Origin: Eledone cirrhosa
Taxonomy: Eukaryota
Length of the DNA: 64,000 nt
Assembly (NCBI GenBank): GCA_964016885.1
Contig: OZ024766.1
Location: 16,306,001-16,370,000, forward strand
Direction: 5' to 3'
Below, one piece after another: positions 38,721 through 52,200 of the stretch. The notes below the pieces were generated by a model. The model made no database searches and had not been told where the DNA came from. It saw only the letters and a list, made by a program, of their open reading frames with translations. The translations under genes and the position numbers were made by a program. Each line of letters opens with the position of its first letter. The first letter of the stretch is position 1.

Positions 38721-39149
38721 AACATAAGGTTACTTAATGTAACACAAACACAATCAGACAAGATAAAAACCATGTCACTCACCCAAAATAGTGCCACCAA
38801 TGTTGTTAATGTCTTGAATAAAACTTGTTTGTTCTGAAATTATTCTCCTTTCATTTTATTTGTAGAAGTTGTAACCAAGACTTGTGCTGACAAATCTATA
38901 TGGTACAGAATTTACAAACACTGTATATATATATATGTGCCAAAACATCTATGATCTCGGTTTACAGCTGATGAAGGGTTTCTTCTCTCCTTTCATCCAT
39001 ATTACCATCTTAAACTTTGTTTACAGTAACCACACAGCTCCTTTCGTTTCTTATAATTTTATATATATATGACAAAGGAGGTGTGGTAAAGAACCAGATG
39101 GACCATATACGCACCAGAGTACTCGATACTTAGGGTAGTAGAGCGGGTA

Positions 39150-39267
39150 ATAGGAAAATGTTTAACCCCGACGGCAGAGCTTAATCCATTTCGACGGCTA
39201 TTTCTGGAAACAGTCCAGAAATAACCGTCAAAATGGCTTGAGCTCTGCCGTCGGGGTTAAACATTTT

Positions 39268-39272
<5 letters not shown>
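39150..39272. repeat. Palindrome IR1 (module 4)
   Basis: Paralog of 6803-6925. Confidence 0.93.
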
Positions 39273-39307
<35 letters not shown>

Positions 39308-39610
39308 AGTGTATATGTCAGTGTGTAGAAGTTTCTGTCCATGAAAATGATTATCTGTATTTGTGTATATGTGTGTGTGTATATATGTATGTGTATGTTT
39401 ATATGTGTTCTTATATACATGTGTGCACATCTTGATATATTTTCAGTGTCTGTTCTAGTTCTCAGAGTACAAATCCTACTGAGGTAAATTTGCTTCGATA
39501 TTTTGAGGCCAATAAATGAAATACCAGTGAAATACTGGGGTAGTTAATTCCTCTTCTTTGTCATTGTCTGTTTGTCTACTCTTCTCTTTCTCTGTATTTA
39601 TATATATATA

Positions 39611-39806
39611 TCCAAAATTAAGATAAATTAAAATAAAATTAATGTAAATCAAATTATGGGAGTCATGCCAGAAAGACATGTGACATATCACCCATAAAAT
39701 AAGCTCCATGGAGCTTATTTTACGGGTGATATGGCGCATGTCTTTCTGGCATGCCACCCATAATTTGATATAGATTAATTTTATTTTAATTTATCTTAAT
39801 TTTGGA
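39611..39806. repeat. Palindrome IR2 (module 4)
   Basis: Perfect core AAAATAAGCTCCATGGAGCTTATTTT. Confidence 0.92.
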
Positions 39807-40262
39807 TATATATATATATAAATAGGGCCTCTTAATTGTAGAGCTAACTCTGTTGAAAGAACCTGACTGCTGTTTCTAGTTGTCAATAACCCAATTCACG
39901 CCACTGGGACGAAGCTGGTATGCTGTGTGTATATTTAGTAGATACAGCACGTGTTACTGGTCAGTCGCTGATTTGAACTTGATGCGTAAACACAGATGGT
40001 TGGACTTCTTCCTTGTTGAGAATCCAAGATCTGGCTACTGTCGTTTAGCAATCGATTAGTTGGTGAAATATATTTCTTTAATGGAATATATACAAGGAAG
40101 ATTAATCGTTTTCTAAGGTATCTATTTTTGAAGTTCTAGTTAAACTTTATTTAGTTACCTACCTAGCTATGTGTGCTTACACACATTTACAAATTATCCC
40201 CTGTGATTGTTTCATATGTTTATTTATATGTCAATCAATTTCTAGTTGATATATATATATAT

Positions 40263-43200
40263 CCATGGCTGTCTTATTTAACTGACTACTCCAGTGACTG
40301 CTCCTTCTAGTCTCTTCTTCCAATGTCAGTTGTCATACAGGTGTCCATGGCTGTCTTATTTAACTGGCTACTCCAGTGACTGCCCCTTCTAATCCCTTCT
40401 TCCAATGTCATTTGTCATACAGGAGTCCATGGCTGTCTTATTTAACTGGCTACTCCAGTGACTGCCCCTTCTAGTCTCTTCTTCCAATGTCAGTTGTCAT
40501 ACAGGTGTCCATGGCTGTCTTATTTAACTGACTACTCCAGTGACTGCCCCTTCTAGTCTCTTCTTCCAATGTCAGTTGTCATACAGGAGTCCATGGCTGT
40601 CTTATTTAACTAGCTACTCCAGTGACTGCTCCTTCTAGTCCCTTCTTCCAATGTCAATTGTCATACAGGTGTCCATGGCTGTCTTATTTAACTAGCTACT
40701 CCAGTGACTGCTCCTTCTAGTCTCTTCTTCCAATGTCAGTTGTCATACAGGTGTCCATGGCTGTCTTATTTATCTGGCTACTCCAGTGACTGCCCCTTCT
40801 AGTCCCTTCTTCCAATGTCAGTTGTCATACAGGTGTCCATGGCTGACTTATTTAACTGGCTACTCCAGTGATTTCCCCTTCTAGTCACTTCTTCCAATGT
40901 CAGTTCTCATACAGGAGTCCATGACTGTCTTATTTAACTGGCTACTCCAGTGACTGCTCCTTCTAGTCTCTTTATCCAACGTCAGTTGTCATACAGGAGT
41001 CCATGGCTGTCTTATTTAACTGGCTGCTCCATTGACTGCTCCTTCTAGTCCCTTCTTCCAATGTCAGTTGTCATACAGGTGTCCATGGCTGTCTTATTTA
41101 ATTGGCTACTCCAGTGACTGCTCCTTCTAATCCCTTCTTCCAATGTCAGTTCTCATACAGGTGTCAATGGCTGTTATTTAACTGACTACTCCAGTGACTG
41201 CTCCTTCTAATCCCTTCTTCCAATGTCAGTTGTCATACAGGTGTCCAAAGCTGTCTTATTTAACTGGCTACTCCAGTGACTGCCCCTTCTAGTCCCTTCT
41301 TCCAATGTCAGTTGTCATACAGGTGTCCACGGCTGTCTTATTTAACTGGCTACTCCAGTGACTGCCCCTTCTAGTCCCTTCTTCCAATGTCAGTTGTCAT
41401 ACAGCAGTCCATGGCTGTCTTATTTAACTGGCTACTCCAGTGACTGCCCCTTCTAGTCCCTTCTTCCAATGTCAGTTGTCATACAGGAGTCCATGGCTGT
41501 CTTATTTAACTGGCTACTCCAGTGACTGCCCCTTCTAGTCCCTTCTTCCAATGTCAGTTGTCATACAGGAGTCCATGGCTGTCTTATTTAACTGGCTACT
41601 CCAGTGACTGCTCCTTCTAGTCTCTTCTTCCAAAATCAGTTGTTATACACGAGTCCACGGCTCTCTTATTTAACTGGCTACTCCAGTGACTGCTCCTTCT
41701 CGTCTCTCTTTCCAATATCAGTTGTCTTACAGGTGTCCATGGCTGTCTTATTTAACTGGCTACTCCAGTGACTGCTCCTGCTAGTCTCTTCTTCCAATGT
41801 CAGCTGACATACAGGTGTCCATGGCTGTCTTGTTTAACTGGCTACTCCAGTGACTGCCCCTTCTAGTCCCTTCTTCCAATGTCAGTTGTCATACAGGTGT
41901 CCATGGCTGTCTTGTTTAACTGGCTACTCCAGTGACTGCTCCTTCTAGTCCCTTCTTCCAATGTCAGTTGTCATACAGGTGTCCATGGCTGTCTTGTTTA
42001 ACTGGCTACTCCAGTTACTGCTCCTTCTAGTCCCTTCTTCCAATGTCAGTTGTCATACAGGTGTCCATGGCTGTCTTGTTTAACTGGCTACTCCAGTGAC
42101 TGCTCCTTCTAGTCCCTTCTTCCAATGTCAGTTGTCATACAGGTGTCCATGGCTGTCTTGTTTAACTGGCTACTCCAGTGACTGCTCCTTCTAGTCCCTT
42201 CTTCCAATGTCAGTTGTCATACAGGTGTCCATGGCTGTCTTATTTAACTGGCTACTCCAGTGACTGCCCCTTCTAGTCCCTTCTTCCAATGTCAGTTGTC
42301 ATACAGGTGTCCATGGCTGTCTTGTTTAACTGGCTACTCCAGTGACTGCTCCTTCTAGTCCCTTCTTCCAATGTCAGTTGTCATACAGGTGTCCATGGCT
42401 GTCTTGTTTAACTGACTGCTCCTTCTAGTCCCTTCTTCCAATGTCAGTTGTCATACAGGTGTCCATGGCTGTCTTATTTAACTGGCTACTCCAGTGACTG
42501 CCCCTTCTAGTCCCTTCTTCCAATGTCAGTTGTCATACAGGTGTCCATGGCTGTCTTGTTTAACTGGCTACTCCAGTGACTGCTCCTTCTAGTCCCTTCT
42601 TCCAATGTCAGTTGTCATACAGGTGTCCATGGCTGTCTTGTTTAACTGGCTACTCCAGTGACTGCTCCTTCTAGTCCCTTCTTCCAATGTCAGTTGTCAT
42701 ACAGGTGTCCATGGCTGTCTTGTTTAACTGGCTACTCCAGTGACTGCTCCTTCTAGTCCCTTCTTCCAATGTCAGTTGTCATACAGGTGTCCATGGCTGT
42801 CTTATTTAACTGGCTACTCCAGTGACTGCCCCTTCTAGTCCCTTCTTCCAATGTCAGTTGTCATACAGGTGTCCATGGCTGTCTTGTTTAACTGGCTACT
42901 CCAGTGACTGCTCCTTCTAGTCCCTTCTTCCAATGTCAGTTGTCATACAGGTGTCCATGGCTGTCTTGTTTAACTGGCTACTCCAGTGACTGCTCCTTCT
43001 AGTCCCTTCTTCCAATGTCAGTTGTCATACAGGTGTCCATGGCTGTCTTATTTAACTGGCTAGTCCAGTGACTGCCCCTTCTAGTCCCTTCTTCCAATGT
43101 CAGTTGTCATACAGGTGTCCATGGCTGTCTTGTTTAACTGGCTACTCCAGTGACTGCTCCTTCTAGTCCCTTCTTCCAATGTCAGTTGTCATACAGGTGT

Positions 43201-46200
43201 CCATGGCTGTCTTGTTTAACTGGCTACTCCAGTGACTGCTCCTTCTAGTCCCTTCTTCCAATGTCAGTTGTCATACAGGTGTCCATGGCTGTCTTGTTTA
43301 ACTGGCTACTCCAGTGACTGCTCCTTCTAGTCCCTTCTTCCAATGTCAGTTGTCATACAGGAGTCCAAGACTGTCTTATTTAACTGGCTACTCCAGTGAC
43401 TGCCCCTTCTAGTCCCTTCTTCCAATGTCAGTTGTCATACAGGTGTCCATGGCTGTCTTGTTTAACTGGATACTCCAGTGACTGCTCCTTCTAGTCTCTT
43501 CTTCCAATGTCAGTTGTCATACAGGTGTCCATGGCTGTCTTATTTAACTGGCTACTCCAGTGACTGCTCCTTCTAGTCTCTTCTTCCAATGTCAGTTGTC
43601 ATACAGGTGTCCATGGCTGTCTTATTTAACTGGCTACTCCAGTGACTGCTCCTTCTAGTCCCTTCTTCCAATGTCAGTTGTCATACAGGTGTCCATGGCT
43701 GTCTTGTTTAACTGGATACTCCAGTGACTGCTCCTTCTAGTCTCTTCTTCCAATGTCAGTTGTCATACAGGTGTCCATGGCTGTCTTATTTAACTGGCTA
43801 CTCCAGTGACTGCTCCTTCTAGTCTCTTCTTCCAATGTCAGTTGTCATACAGGTGTCCATGGCTGTCTTATTTAACTGGCTACTCCAGTGACTGCTCCTT
43901 CTAGTCTCTTCTTCCAATGTCAGTTGTCATACAGGAGTCCATGGCTGTCTTATTTAACTGGCTACTCCAGTGACTGCTCCTTCTAGTCTCTTCTTCCAAT
44001 GTCAGCTGTCATACAGGTTTCCATGGCTGTCTTATTTAACTGGCTACTCCAGTGACTGCTCCTTCTAGTCTCTTCTTCCAATGTCAGTTGTCATACAGGT
44101 GTCCATGGCTGTCTTATTTAACTGGCTACTCCAGTGACTGCTCCTTCTAGTCCCTTCTTCCAATGTCAGTTGTCATACAGGTGTCCATGGCTGTCTTGTT
44201 TAACTGGCTACTCCAGTGACTGCTCCTTCTAGTCCCTTCTTCCAATGTCAGTTGTCATACAGGTGTCCATGGCTGTCTTGTTTAACTGGCTACTCCAGTG
44301 ACTGCTCCTTCTAGTCCCTTCTTCCAATGTCAGTTGTCATACAGGTGTCCATGGCTGTCTTGTTTAACTGGCTACTCCAGTGACTGCTCCTTCTAGTCCC
44401 TTCTTCCAATGTCATTTGTCATACAGGTGTCCATGGCTGTCTTATTTAACTGGCTACTCCAGTGACTGCCCCTTCTAGTCCCTTCTTCCAATGTCAGTTG
44501 TCATACAGGTGTCCATGGCTGTCTTGTTTAACTGGCTACTCCATTGACTGCTCCTTCTAGTCCCTTCTTCCAATGTCAGTTGTCATACAGGTGTCCATGG
44601 CTGTCTTGTTTAACTGACTGCTCCTTCTAGTCCCTTCTTCCAATGTCAGTTGTCATACAGGTGTCCATGGCTGTCTTATTTAACTGGCTACTCCAGTGAC
44701 TGCCCCTTCTAGTCCCTTCTTCCAATGTCAGTTGTCATACAGGTGTCCATGGCTGTCTTGTTTAACTGGCTACTCCAGTGACTGCTCCTTCTAGTCCCTT
44801 CTTCCAATGTCAGTTGTCATACAGGTGTCCATGGCTGTCTTGTTTAACTGGCTACTCCAGTGACTGCTCCTTCTAGTCCCTTCTTCCAATGTCAGTTGTC
44901 ATACAGGTGTCCATGGCTGTCTTATTTAACTGGCTACTCCAGTGACTGCCCCTTCTAGTCCCTTCTTCCAATGTCAGTTGTCATACAGGTGTCCATGGCT
45001 GTCTTGTTTAACTGGCTACTCCAGTGACTGCTCCTTCTAGTCCCTTCTTCCAATGTCAGTTGTCATACAGGTGTCCATGGCTGTCTTGTTTAACTGGCTA
45101 CTCCAGTGACTGCTCCTTCTAGTCCCTTCTTCCAATGTCAGTTGTCATACAGGTGTCCATGGCTGTCTTGTTTAACTGGCTACTCCAGTGACTGCTCCTT
45201 CTAGTCCCTTCTTCCAATGTCAGTTGTCATACAGGAGTCCAAGACTGTCTTATTTAACTGGCTACTCCAGTGACTGCTCCTTCTAGTCCCTTCTTCCAAT
45301 GTCAGTTGTCATACAGGTGTCCATGGCTGTCTTGTTTAACTGGATACTCCAGTGACTGCTCCTTCTAGTCTCTTCTTCCAATGTCAGTTGTCATACAGGT
45401 GTCCATGGCTGTCTTATTTAACTGGCTACTCCAGTGACTGCTCCTTCTAGTCTCTTCTTCCAATGTCAGTTGTCATACAGGTGTCCATGGCTGTCTTATT
45501 TAACTGGCTACTCCAGTGACTGCTCCTTCTAGTCCCTTCTTCCAATGTCAGTTGTCATACAGGTGTCCATGGCTGTCTTGTTTAACTGGATACTCCAGTG
45601 ACTGCTCCTTCTAGTCTCTTCTTCCAATGTCAGTTGTCATACAGGTGTCCATGGCTGTCTTATTTAACTGGCTACTCCAGTGACTGCTCCTTCTAGTCTC
45701 TTCTTCCAATGTCAGTTGTCATACAGGTGTCCATGGCTGTCTTATTTAACTGGCTACTCCAGTGACTGCTCCTTCTAGTCTCTTCTTCCAATGTCAGTTG
45801 TCATACAGGAGTCCATGGCTGTCTTATTTAACTGGCTACTCCAGTGACTGCTCCTTCTAGTCTCTTCTTCCAATGTCAGCTGTCATACAGGTTTCCATGG
45901 CTGTCTTATTTAACTGGCTACTCCAGTGACTGCTCCTTCTAGTCTCTTCTTCCAATGTCAGTTGTCATACAGGTGTCCATGGCTGTCTTATTTAACTGGC
46001 TACTCCAGTGACTGCTCCTTCTAGTCTCTTCTTCCAATGTCAGTTGTCATACAGGTGTCCATGCCTGACTTATTTAACTGGCTACTCCAGTGACTGCTCC
46101 TTCTAATCTCTTCTTCCAATGTCAGTTGTCATACAGGAGTCCATGGCTGTCTTATTTAACTGACTACTCCAGGGACTGCTCCTTCTAGTCCCTTCTTCCA

Positions 46201-49200
46201 ATGTCAGTTGTCATACAGGTGTCCATGGCTGTCTTGTTTAACTGGCTACTCCAGTGACTGCTCCTTCTAGTCCCTTCTTCCAATGTCAGTTGTCATACAG
46301 GTGTCCATGGCTGTCTTATTTAACTGGCTACTCCAGTGACTGCCCCTTCTAGTCCCTTCTTCCAATGTCAGTTGTCATACAGGTTTCCATGGCTCACTTA
46401 TTTAACTGGCTACTCCAGTGATTTCCCCCTCTAGTCTCTTCTTCCAATGTCAGTTGTCATACAGGAGTCCATGACTGTCTTATTTAAGTGGCTACTCCAG
46501 TGACTGCTCCTTCTAGTCCCTTCTTCCAATGTCAGTTGTCATACAGGAGTCCATGGCTGTCTTATTTAAGTGGCTACTCCAGTGACTGCTCCTTCTAGTC
46601 TCTTCATCCAACGTCAGTTGTCATACAGGAGTCCATGGCTGTCTTATTTAACTGGCTGCTCCATTGACTGCTCCTTCTAGTCTCTTCTTCCAATGTCAGT
46701 TGTCATACAGGTGTCCATGGCTGACTTATTTAACTGGCTACTCCAGTGATTTCCCCCTCTAGTCTCTTCTTCCAATGTCAGTTGTCATACAGGAGTCCAT
46801 GACTGTCTTATTTAAGTGGCTACTCCAGTGACTGCTCCTTCTAGTCTCTTCATCCAACGTCAGTTGTCATACAGGAGTCCATGGCTGTCTTATTTAACTG
46901 GCTGCTCCATTGACTGCTCCTTCTAGTCCCTTCTTCCAATGTCAGTTGTCATACAGGTGTCAATGGCTGTTATTTAACTGGCTACTCCAGTGACTGCTCC
47001 TTCTAGTCCCTTCTTCCAATGTCAGTTGTCATACAGGTGTCCAAAGCTGTCTTATTTAACTGGCTACTCCAGTGACTGCCCCTTCTAGTCCCTTCTTCCA
47101 ATGTCAGTTGTCATACAGGAGTCCATGGCTGTCTTATTTAACTGGCTACTCCAGTGACTGCCCCTTCTAGTCTCTTCTTCCAATGTCAGTTGTCATACAG
47201 GTGTCCATGGCTGTCTTATTTAACTGACTACTCCAGTGACTGCCCCTTCTAGTCCCTTCTTCCAATGTCAGTTGTCATACAGGAGTCCATGGCTGTCTTA
47301 TTTAACTAGCTACTCCAGTGACTGCTCCTTCTAGTCCCTTCTTCCAATGTCAATTGTCATACAGGTGTCCATGGCTGTCTTATTTAACTAGCTACTCCAG
47401 TGACTGCTCCTTCTAGTCTCTTCTTCCAATGTCAGTTGTCATACAGGTGTCCATGGCTGTCTTATTTATCTGGCTACTCCAGTGACTGCCCCTTCTAGTC
47501 CCTTCTTCCAATGTCAGTTGTCATACAGGTGTCCATGGCTGACTTATTTAACTGGCTACTCCAGTGATTTCCCCTTCTAGTCACTTCTTCCAATGTCAGT
47601 TGTCATACAGGAGTCCATGACTGTCTTATTTAACTGGCTGCTCCATTGACTGCTCCTTCTAGTCCCTTCTTCCAATGTCAGTTGTCATACAGGTGTCCAT
47701 GGCTGTCTTATTTAATTGGCTACTCCAGTGACTGCTCCTTCTAATCCCTTCTTCCAATGTCAGTTCTCATACAGGTGTCAATGGCTGTTATTTAACTGGC
47801 TACTCCAGTGACTGCTCCTTCTAGTCCCTTCTTCCAATGTCAGTTGTCATACAGGTGTCCAAAGCTGTCTTATTTAACTGGCTACTCCAGTGACTGTCCC
47901 TTCTAGTCCCTTCTTCCAATGTCAGTTGTCATACAGGTGTCCATGGCTGTCTTATTTAACTGGCTACTCCAGTGACTGCCACTTCTAGTCCCTTCTTCCA
48001 ATGTCAGTTGTCATACAGGAGTCCATGGCTGTCTTATTTAACTGGCTACTCCAGTGACTGCCCCTTTTAGTCCCTTCTTCCAATGTCAGTTGTCATACAG
48101 GAGTCCATGGCTGTCTTATTTAACTGGCTACTCCAGTGACTGCTCCTTCTAGTCTCTTCTTCCAAAATCAGTTGTCATACAGGTGTCCATGGCTGTCTTA
48201 TTTAACTGGCTACTCCAGTGACTGCTCCTTCTCGTCTCTCTTTCCAATATCAGTTGTCTTACAGGTGTCCATGGCTGTCTTATTTAACTGGCTACTCCAG
48301 TGACTGCTCCTGCTAGTCTCTTCTTCCAATGTCAGCTGACATACAGGTGTCCATGGCTGTCTTATTTAACTGGCTACTCCAGTGACTGCTCCCTCTAGTC
48401 CCTTCTTCCAATGTCAGTTGTCATACAGGAGTCCAAGACTGTCTTATTTAACTGGCTACTCCAGTGACTGCTCCTTCTAGTCCATTCTTCCAATGTCAGT
48501 TGTCATACAGGTGTCCATGACTGTCTTGTTTAACTGGCTACTCCAGTGACTGCTCCTTCTAGTCCCTTCTTCCAATGTCAGTTGTCATACAGGTGTCCAT
48601 GGCTGTCTTGTTTAACTGGCTACTCCAGTGACTGCTCCTTCTAGTCCCTTCTTCCAATGTCAGTTGTCATACAGGTGTCCATGGCTGTCTTGTTTAACTG
48701 GCTACTCCAGTGACTGCTCCTTCTAGTCCCTTCTTCCAATGTCAGTTGTCATACAGGAGTCCAAGACTGTCTTATTTAACTGGCTACTCCAGTGACTGCT
48801 CCTTCTAGTCCCTTCTTCCAATGTCAGTTGTCATACAGGTGTCCATGGCTGTCTTGTTTAACTGGATACTCCAGTGACTGCTCCTTCTAGTCTCTTCTTC
48901 CAATGTCAGTTGTCATACAGGTGTCCATGGCTGTCTTATTTAACTGGCTACTCCAGTGACTGCTCCTTCTAGTCCCTTCTTCCAATGTCAGTTGTCATAC
49001 AGGTGTCCATGGCTGTCTTATTTAACTGGCTACTCCAAGACTGCTCCTTCTAGTCTCTTCTTCCAATGTCAGTTGTCATACAGGTGTCCATGGCTGTCTT
49101 ATTTAACTGGCTACTCCAGTGACTGCTCCTTCTAGTCCCTTCTTCCAATGTCAGTTGTCATACAGGTGTCCATGGCTGTCTTGTTTAACTGGATACTCCA

Positions 49201-52200
49201 GTGACTGCTCCTTCTAGTCTCTTCTTCCAATGTCAGTTGTCATACAGGAGTCCATGGCTGTCTTATTTAACTGGCTACTCCAGTGACTGCTCCTTCTAGT
49301 CTCTTCTTCCAATGTCAGCTGTCATACAGGTGTCCATGGCTGTCTTATTTAACTGGCTACTCCAGTGACTGCTCCTTCTAGTCTCTTCTTCCCATGTCAG
49401 TTGTCATACAGGTGTCCATGGCTGTCTTATTTAACTGGCTACTCCAGTGACTGCTCCTTCTAGTCTCTTCTTCCAATGTCAGTTGTCATACAGGTGTCCA
49501 TGGCTGACTTATTTAACTGGCTACTCCAGTGACTGCTCCTTCTAATCTCTTCTTCCAATGTCAGTTGTCATACAGGAGTCCATGGCTGTCTTATTTAACT
49601 GACTACTCCAGTGACTGCTCCTTCTAGTCCCTTCTTCCAATGTCAGTTGTCATACAGGTGTCCATGGCTGTCTTGTTTAACTGGCTACTCCAGTGACTGC
49701 TCCTTCTAGTCCCTTCTTCCAATGTCAGTCGTTATACAGGTGTCCATGGCTGTCTTATTTAACTGGCTACTCCAGTGACTGCCCCTTCTAGTCCCTTCTT
49801 CCAATGTCAGTTGTCATACAGGTGTCCATGGCTGACTTATTTAACTGGCTACTCCAGTGACTGCTCCTTCTAGTCTCTTCATCCAACGTCAGTTGTCATA
49901 CAGGAGTCCATGGCTGTCTTATTTAACTGGCTGCTCCATTGACTGCTCCTTCTAGTCCCTTCTTCCAATGTCAGTTGTCATACAGGTGTCAATGGCTGTT
50001 ATTTAACTGGCTACTCCAGTGACTGCTCCTTCTAGTCCCTTCTTCCAATGTCAGTTGTCATACAGGTGTCCAAAGCTGTCTTATTTAACTGGCTACTCCA
50101 GTGACTGCCCCTTCTAGTCCCTTCTTCCAATGTCAGTTGTCATACAGGAGTCCATGGCTGTCTTATTTAACTGGCTACTCCAGTGACTGCCCCTTCTAGT
50201 CCCTTCTTCCAATGTCAGTTGTCATACAGGAGTCCATGGCTGTCTTATTTAACTGGCTACTCCAGTTACTGCCCCTTCTAGTCTCTTCTTCCAATGTCAG
50301 TTGTCATACAGGTGTCCATGGCTGTCTTATTTAACTGGCTACTCCAGTGACTGCTCCTTCTAGTCTCTTCTTCCAATGTCAGTTGTCATACAGGTGTCCA
50401 TGGCTGTCTTATTTAACTGGCTACTCCAGTGACTGCTCCTTCTAGTCCCTTCTTCCAATGTCAGTTGTCATACAGGTGTCCATGGCTGACTTATTTAACT
50501 GGCTACTCCAGTGACTGCTCCTTATAGTCTCTCTTTCCAATATCGGTTGTCTTACAGGAGTCCATGGCTGTCTTATTTAACTGGCTACTCCAGTGACTGC
50601 TCCTGCTAGTCTCTTCTTCCAATGTCAGCTGACATACAGGTGTCCATGGCTGTCTTATTTAACTGGCTACTCCAGTGACTGCCCCTTCTAGTCCCTTCTT
50701 CCAATGTCAGTTGTCATACAGGAGTCCATGGCTGTCTTATTTAACTGGCTACTCCAGTGACTGCCCCTTCTAGTCTCTTCTTCCAATGTCAGTTGTCATA
50801 CTGGTGTCCATGGCTGTCTTATTTAACTGGCTACTCCAGTGACTGCCCCTTCTAGTCTCTTCTTCCAATGTCAGTTGTCATACAGGAGTCCATGGCTGTC
50901 TTATTTAACTGGCTACTCCAGTGACTGCCCCTTCTAGTCTCTTCTTCCAATGTCAGTTGTCATACAGGTGTCCATGGCTGTCTTATTTAACTGGCTACTC
51001 CAGTGACTGCTCCTTCTAGTCTCTTCTTCCAATGTCAGTTGTCATACAGGTGTCCATGGCTGTCTTATTTAACTGGCTACTCCAGTGACTGCTCCTTCTA
51101 GTCCCTTCTTCCAATGTCAGTTGTCATACAGGTGTCCATGGCTGACTTATTTAACTGGCTACTCCAGTGACTGCTCCTTCTCGTCTCTCTTTCCAATATC
51201 GGTTGTCTTACAGGAGTCCATGGCTGTCTTATTTAACTGGCTACTCCAGTGACTGCTCCTGCTAGTCTCTTCTTCCAATGTCAGCTGACATACAGGTGTC
51301 CATGGCTGTCTTATTTAACTGGCTACTCCAGTGACTGCTCCCTCTAGTCCCTTCTTCCAATGTCAGTTGTCATACAGGTGTCCAAGACTGTCTTATTTAA
51401 CTGGCTACTCCAGTGACTGCTCCTTCTAGTCCATTCTACCAATGTCAGTTGTCATACAGGTGTCCATGGCTGTCTTATTTAACTGGCTACTCCAGTGACT
51501 GCTCCTTCTAGTCTCTTCTTCCAATATCAGTTGTCATACTGGAGTCCATGGCTGTCTTATTTAACTGGCCTACTCCAGTGACTGCTCCTTCTAGTCCCTT
51601 CTTCCAATGTTAGTTGTCATACAGGAGTCCATGGCCGTCTTATTTAACTGGCTACTTCAGTGACTGCTCCTTCTAGTCCCTTCTTCCAATGTTAGTTGTC
51701 ATACAGGAGTCCATGGCTGTCTTATTTAACTGGCTACTCCAGTGACTGCTCCTTCTAGTCCCTTCTTCCAATGTTAGTTGTCATACAGGTGTCCATGGCT
51801 GTCTTATTTAACTGGCTACTCCAGTGACTGCTCCTTCTCGTCCCTCTTTCCAATATCAGTTGTCTTACAGGTGTCCATGGCTGTCTTATTTAACTGGCTA
51901 CTCCAGTGACTGCTCCTGCTAGTCTCTTCTTCCAATGTCAGCTGACATACAGGTGTCCATGGCTGTCTTATTTAACTGGCTACTCCAGTGACTGCTCCCT
52001 CTAGTCCCTTCTTCCAATGTCAGTTGTCATACAGGAGTCCAAGACTGTCTTATTTAACTGGCTACTCCAGTGACTGCTCCTTCTAGTCCATTCTTCCAAT
52101 GTCAGTTGTCATACAGGTGTCCATGGCTGTCTTGTTTAACTGGCTACTCCAGTGACTGCTCCTTCTAGTCCCTTCTTCTAATGTCAGTTGTCATACAGGT

